Shown here: one piece after another, positions 60,985 to 64,000 of the stretch | How the letters are laid out: each line of letters opens with the position of its first letter | Position numbering within the stretch: position 1 is the stretch's first letter | NCBI GenBank assembly: GCA_963662585.1 | Contig: OY759729.1 | Location: forward strand, 1,024,001 to 1,088,000 | Reading direction: 5' to 3' | Length of the DNA stretch: 64,000 nucleotides | From: Candidatus Cloacimonadales bacterium | GTDB lineage: Bacteria > Cloacimonadota > Cloacimonadia > Cloacimonadales > JAFGVF01 | Translations under genes and position numbers: made by a program | The notes under the pieces: model-generated | Seen by the model: the letters and a program-made list of their open reading frames with translations, nothing else | What the model was told of the DNA's origin: nothing | The model's database searches: none

Positions 60985-61960
60985 GAATTGAGAATTTGAA
61001 GATGAGGATTTCTTAACTGGCAATGTGGGCATCCTTGCCTGCTATAATTGTGCAAACAATGATAAGTTCTTAAATCCCAACAGGATGCCATATAATAGGG
61101 AGTGTTCGCAAGACACTCTTAAAGTCATGACAAAAAGATAGCCTTGCAGGGGCGACATACACTAAAGAATTACAAAAAAAGAAGCTATCCACTAATTTCA
61201 CGAATTGCACGAAGAAAATAGAGAAGACAAATAGAAGATGCTTCTTAACTGGGAATGTGGGCTTCCAGCCCGTATCATTGCGAGGCAATGATATATCTTA
61301 AATCCCAATGGGATTAAATAATAAGCAGGCTGAATACATACTCTTGGATTCACGGACTAAAGGTCCGAACCCCAGTTATTAAATCCCGAAGGGATTAAAT
61401 AGATTAGCCCAGGGTCTCATTTTTTGAAGAAAAATTGACCCTGGGTATGGCACACCAATATTTGTGTAACCCTGTAAGGGTTTAATAGGAAAAATAAAAA
61501 TTGTTAATGATCGGTCAAATTATTTAGGACTAGACTTCTTAAACTCACCTCTTTAGTGATTAACTGGGGTTACGGACATTTAGTCCGTGATTCTTAAATT
61601 CCCTTCTTTAGTGATTAACTGGGGTTACGGACCTTTAGTCCGTGAATCTTAAACTCCCCTCTTTAGTGCTGAAGGCACAGTAAAAGAGGGATGGCTGCGA
61701 AGCAGCTCTTAACTGGGAAAGTGAGCATCCTGCTCGCACCACGCAATAGCGTGGTAGATTACTTTATTTCTGGGATTTCTAGATTTTTAAGCAATTTTAC
61801 TGAATAGAGACTTCAACAGACAAATTTCTTCGTCCGAAGTCCCTTGCCTACGGTAGAGGAAACCGGTCTTCAGGTTGTCCACTATCAGACAGAAGAGGCA
61901 ATCATTATTTCTTAAAATCAGTGTTAATTTGTGTAATCTGTGGACACACTCTTCTTTGTG
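60979..61960. repeat. ~1-kb mosaic of REP-like/IS200-end-like hairpin modules, including copy 2 (61647..61898) of the composite repeat
   Basis: More than ten short hairpin modules, mostly starting at (TC)TTAA. Includes a paralogous pair at ~61011 and ~61243, a 55-bp tandem duplication 61536-61645, and an inverted copy at 61348-61379. Confidence 0.88.
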
Positions 61961-61978
61961 GTTTTGTGTTAAGTTCTT

Positions 61979-63637
61979 CTATTTAACAATAAATTTCGAA
62001 GTTGCCAAACGCTTGTTGTTAATTTTGATAATAGCGATATAAAATCCTGATGCTAAAGATTCTAAATTAATAGCATCACTAGAGTTTTTGATATTTGAAG
62101 GGTTGAGTTTTCTCTCATGAACTTTCTGTCCTTTAAGATTATAGACAGAAACCATCGCGTTTTCTATATTCTTGGGTAAAGTACCCACAAGTTTTAAATT
62201 AAGTTTGATTTCTTTACTAGAAACTGGGTTAGGATAGATAATTAAATTAGTGCTTGCTTGAGGCGATACATCATTATCCTCATTACTTACAGTAGTATCA
62301 GAAAGGTTAGGATTCCCCGAATAAATTGATACATAACCTGGAGTAGAAAATCCACCCCAATCATCTGGAGCTGATATAGCAATATCATCATAGCCATCAT
62401 TATTATAGTCTCCAACATTTACATTTAATCCAAAATACCCCGTAAAAGCTGGATATACTGGGCAAAAAAGCTGTAAATCATAGATCCCGTTAGGATTTTC
62501 TCCACCTAACCATATAGCTGCTGTCCCATCCCATAAGCCATAAGACGAATTACCTCCAACAAAATCACTATAGCCATCTCCATTGAAATCTCCATGTTTT
62601 ATGTTCTTTCCCATTCCTGCTCCCGGTAAAATAAAAGCTGAATACATAGGATTACATTGAATGGGATATAAGGAGGAACTTTCAATAGTATCTCCCATTA
62701 TTGATAATCCAAGATAGTTATTGGCACTGTTGTCTGATCTAGGATATAGAAAATCTGGAATTCCATCTGCATTTATATCTCCAACTGTTATCGATCCATT
62801 AAAATGAACATAATCTTGATAATGACAGATAATATCATAATTGTTTAGGGAAAGTGAAGTATCGCCATAATAGAGTTTAGTTATAAAATCATCGTCAGTA
62901 CTTTTATTATCGGATGATAAACAGTATCCAACAGAAAAATCAGCATACCCATCACCATCAATATCTCCCATAGGCTCAATATTAAAACTTCTGGGATTAA
63001 CATCATATTCCACAATAATTATCTCAAATGTCCCACCTAACATCACTCCTAAACCCCTGGTAGATGATTCTCGCGAAAGTATAAATCCCATATCATCACA
63101 ACCATCACCATTTACATCCCCTAAACAAGAAGTAAAGGAATCATGACTGTAATAGTATCCTGCTCCGACTAAAAAACCGTATTCATGATCATACTCAGTG
63201 AAATCAAGCTCTGCATCAGGTCCGCCGTAAAAGAAGCGGTAGTAAAAATAATCTGGTACTGGATAATCAAACCTAAGTTCTGAACATATAGCAAGATCAT
63301 CATAGCCATCTCCATTTACATCTCCACATGCAAAAACTCCCCAAGCTCCATTAGATCCTGTCATAGTCATTATATAGTCAGGATCATTGTTGCTTCCAAA
63401 ATTATTTCCACCCCAGAAAACATGAATCTCAGTGGGCGTTTCTCCTCCATGCCTTGCCAAAACAAACAGATCATCAATCCCGTCTGCATTAAAGTCTAAG
63501 GTTGCCATCCATTTACCATATTCACTATTTCCCCACGGTCCTTCAAAAGTATTCATTATATCCATATAATTTTGGGCAAAGAGAGAAAGAGTGAAGATAA
63601 GCATTACTGTAATAAGGCAATATTTTAACAATTTCAT
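61979..63637 (-). CDS. FG-GAP (integrin-alpha-like beta-propeller) repeat protein with T9SS-type C-terminal domain
   Basis: Seven D[FVIY][ND]xDGxxD motifs; signal peptide; C-terminus IYPNP...VYNLKGQKV...ASGFY; AGGAGG RBS. Confidence 0.9.
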   Translation of the reverse strand: MKLLKYCLITVMLIFTLSLFAQNYMDIMNTFEGPWGNSEYGKWMATLDFNADGIDDLFVLARHGGETPTEIHVFWGGNNFGSNNDPDYIMTMTGSNGAWGVFACGDVNGDGYDDLAICSELRFDYPVPDYFYYRFFYGGPDAELDFTEYDHEYGFLVGAGYYYSHDSFTSCLGDVNGDGCDDMGFILSRESSTRGLGVMLGGTFEIIIVEYDVNPRSFNIEPMGDIDGDGYADFSVGYCLSSDNKSTDDDFITKLYYGDTSLSLNNYDIICHYQDYVHFNGSITVGDINADGIPDFLYPRSDNSANNYLGLSIMGDTIESSSLYPIQCNPMYSAFILPGAGMGKNIKHGDFNGDGYSDFVGGNSSYGLWDGTAAIWLGGENPNGIYDLQLFCPVYPAFTGYFGLNVNVGDYNNDGYDDIAISAPDDWGGFSTPGYVSIYSGNPNLSDTTVSNEDNDVSPQASTNLIIYPNPVSSKEIKLNLKLVGTLPKNIENAMVSVYNLKGQKVHERKLNPSNIKNSSDAINLESLASGFYIAIIKINNKRLATSKFIVK

Positions 63638-63684
63638 TCTTCCTCCTATGAAGTTAATAAATTAGCATATCATTGTATAATCCA

Positions 63685-63713
63685 AAAATATGGTTTATGA
63701 GTTTAGATGTCAA
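63685..63713 (-). promoter_or_regulatory. Sigma70-type promoter of the FG-GAP gene
   Basis: The minus strand reads TTGACA-N17-TATTTT about 50 bp upstream of the ATG. Confidence 0.5.
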
Positions 63714-63800
63714 TATTAATTTCCAATTATTTGAAAAATTATATTAATGCTTATTGTAAAGAGGTTTTATTCTAATAGTGTTAAAATAGATATGTCATTA

Positions 63801-63839
63801 TTGGGAATTAAGAGGCTACTCTATTGGTGGAGCTCAAAT
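63801..63839 (+). pseudogene. murB: Duplicated internal fragment of murB
   Basis: 33/39 identity to 60801..60839; it encodes ELRGYSIGGAQI versus GLRGFSIGGAQI in murB. Confidence 0.7.
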
Positions 63840-64000
63840 TGAATATTATTCTTAAAATGAGCCACCAGTCTCATTAAGTTGAGCCATTAGAATCATGAAA
63901 TAGAGCCATCTAATCTCATAAAATTGAGCCATCTTGTTAAATTAGTTTTTATTGTTATCATAACGTTATGTGTCAAAAGGCATAAATAACGATATGGAGG
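63840..64000 (+). mobile_element. Probable left end of an IS21-family insertion sequence (continues beyond the window)
   Basis: Starts with TG, followed by four GAGCCA-core repeats at 63859, 63881, 63903 and 63926 (22/22/23-bp spacing). The window ends in an RBS-like GGAGG. Confidence 0.65.

Overview
AT-rich bacterial chromosome segment from an anaerobe (PFOR, class II RNR). Five secreted proteins end in a T9SS-type/FlgD-Ig sorting domain (four of the form xPNP...YNL[KR]GQ.V...G[IVF]Y). This style suggests an FCB-associated lineage such as Cloacimonadota, which is an inference only. Housekeeping genes: folC (5' truncated), PFOR, cls, dnaA with upstream DnaA boxes but no adjacent dnaN/rpmH, lon, nrdJ, a DinG-family helicase and murB. 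The main accessory locus is a minus-strand cluster: a 5795-aa acidic Ig-repeat surface protein, a PorV-like beta-barrel, and a TPR/PD40/OmpA (PorE-like) protein with an acidic linker and a TonB-C-like tail. It lies divergent from an NTPase-TPR-GAF sigma54 activator. The intergenic DNA carries nested REP-like hairpin modules joined at TTAA, a ~254-bp composite repeat in two copies 40 kb apart, a 20-bp half-palindrome tandem array, and a degenerate ~93-bp hairpin family. Also seen: a 54-aa Zn-ribbon ORF missing from the ORF track, two proteins with degenerate catalytic domains, and a duplicated murB fragment cut by a probable IS21-family end at the right edge. No rRNA, tRNA or CRISPR array was recognised. 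All calls come from reading motifs by eye; no database searches were run.
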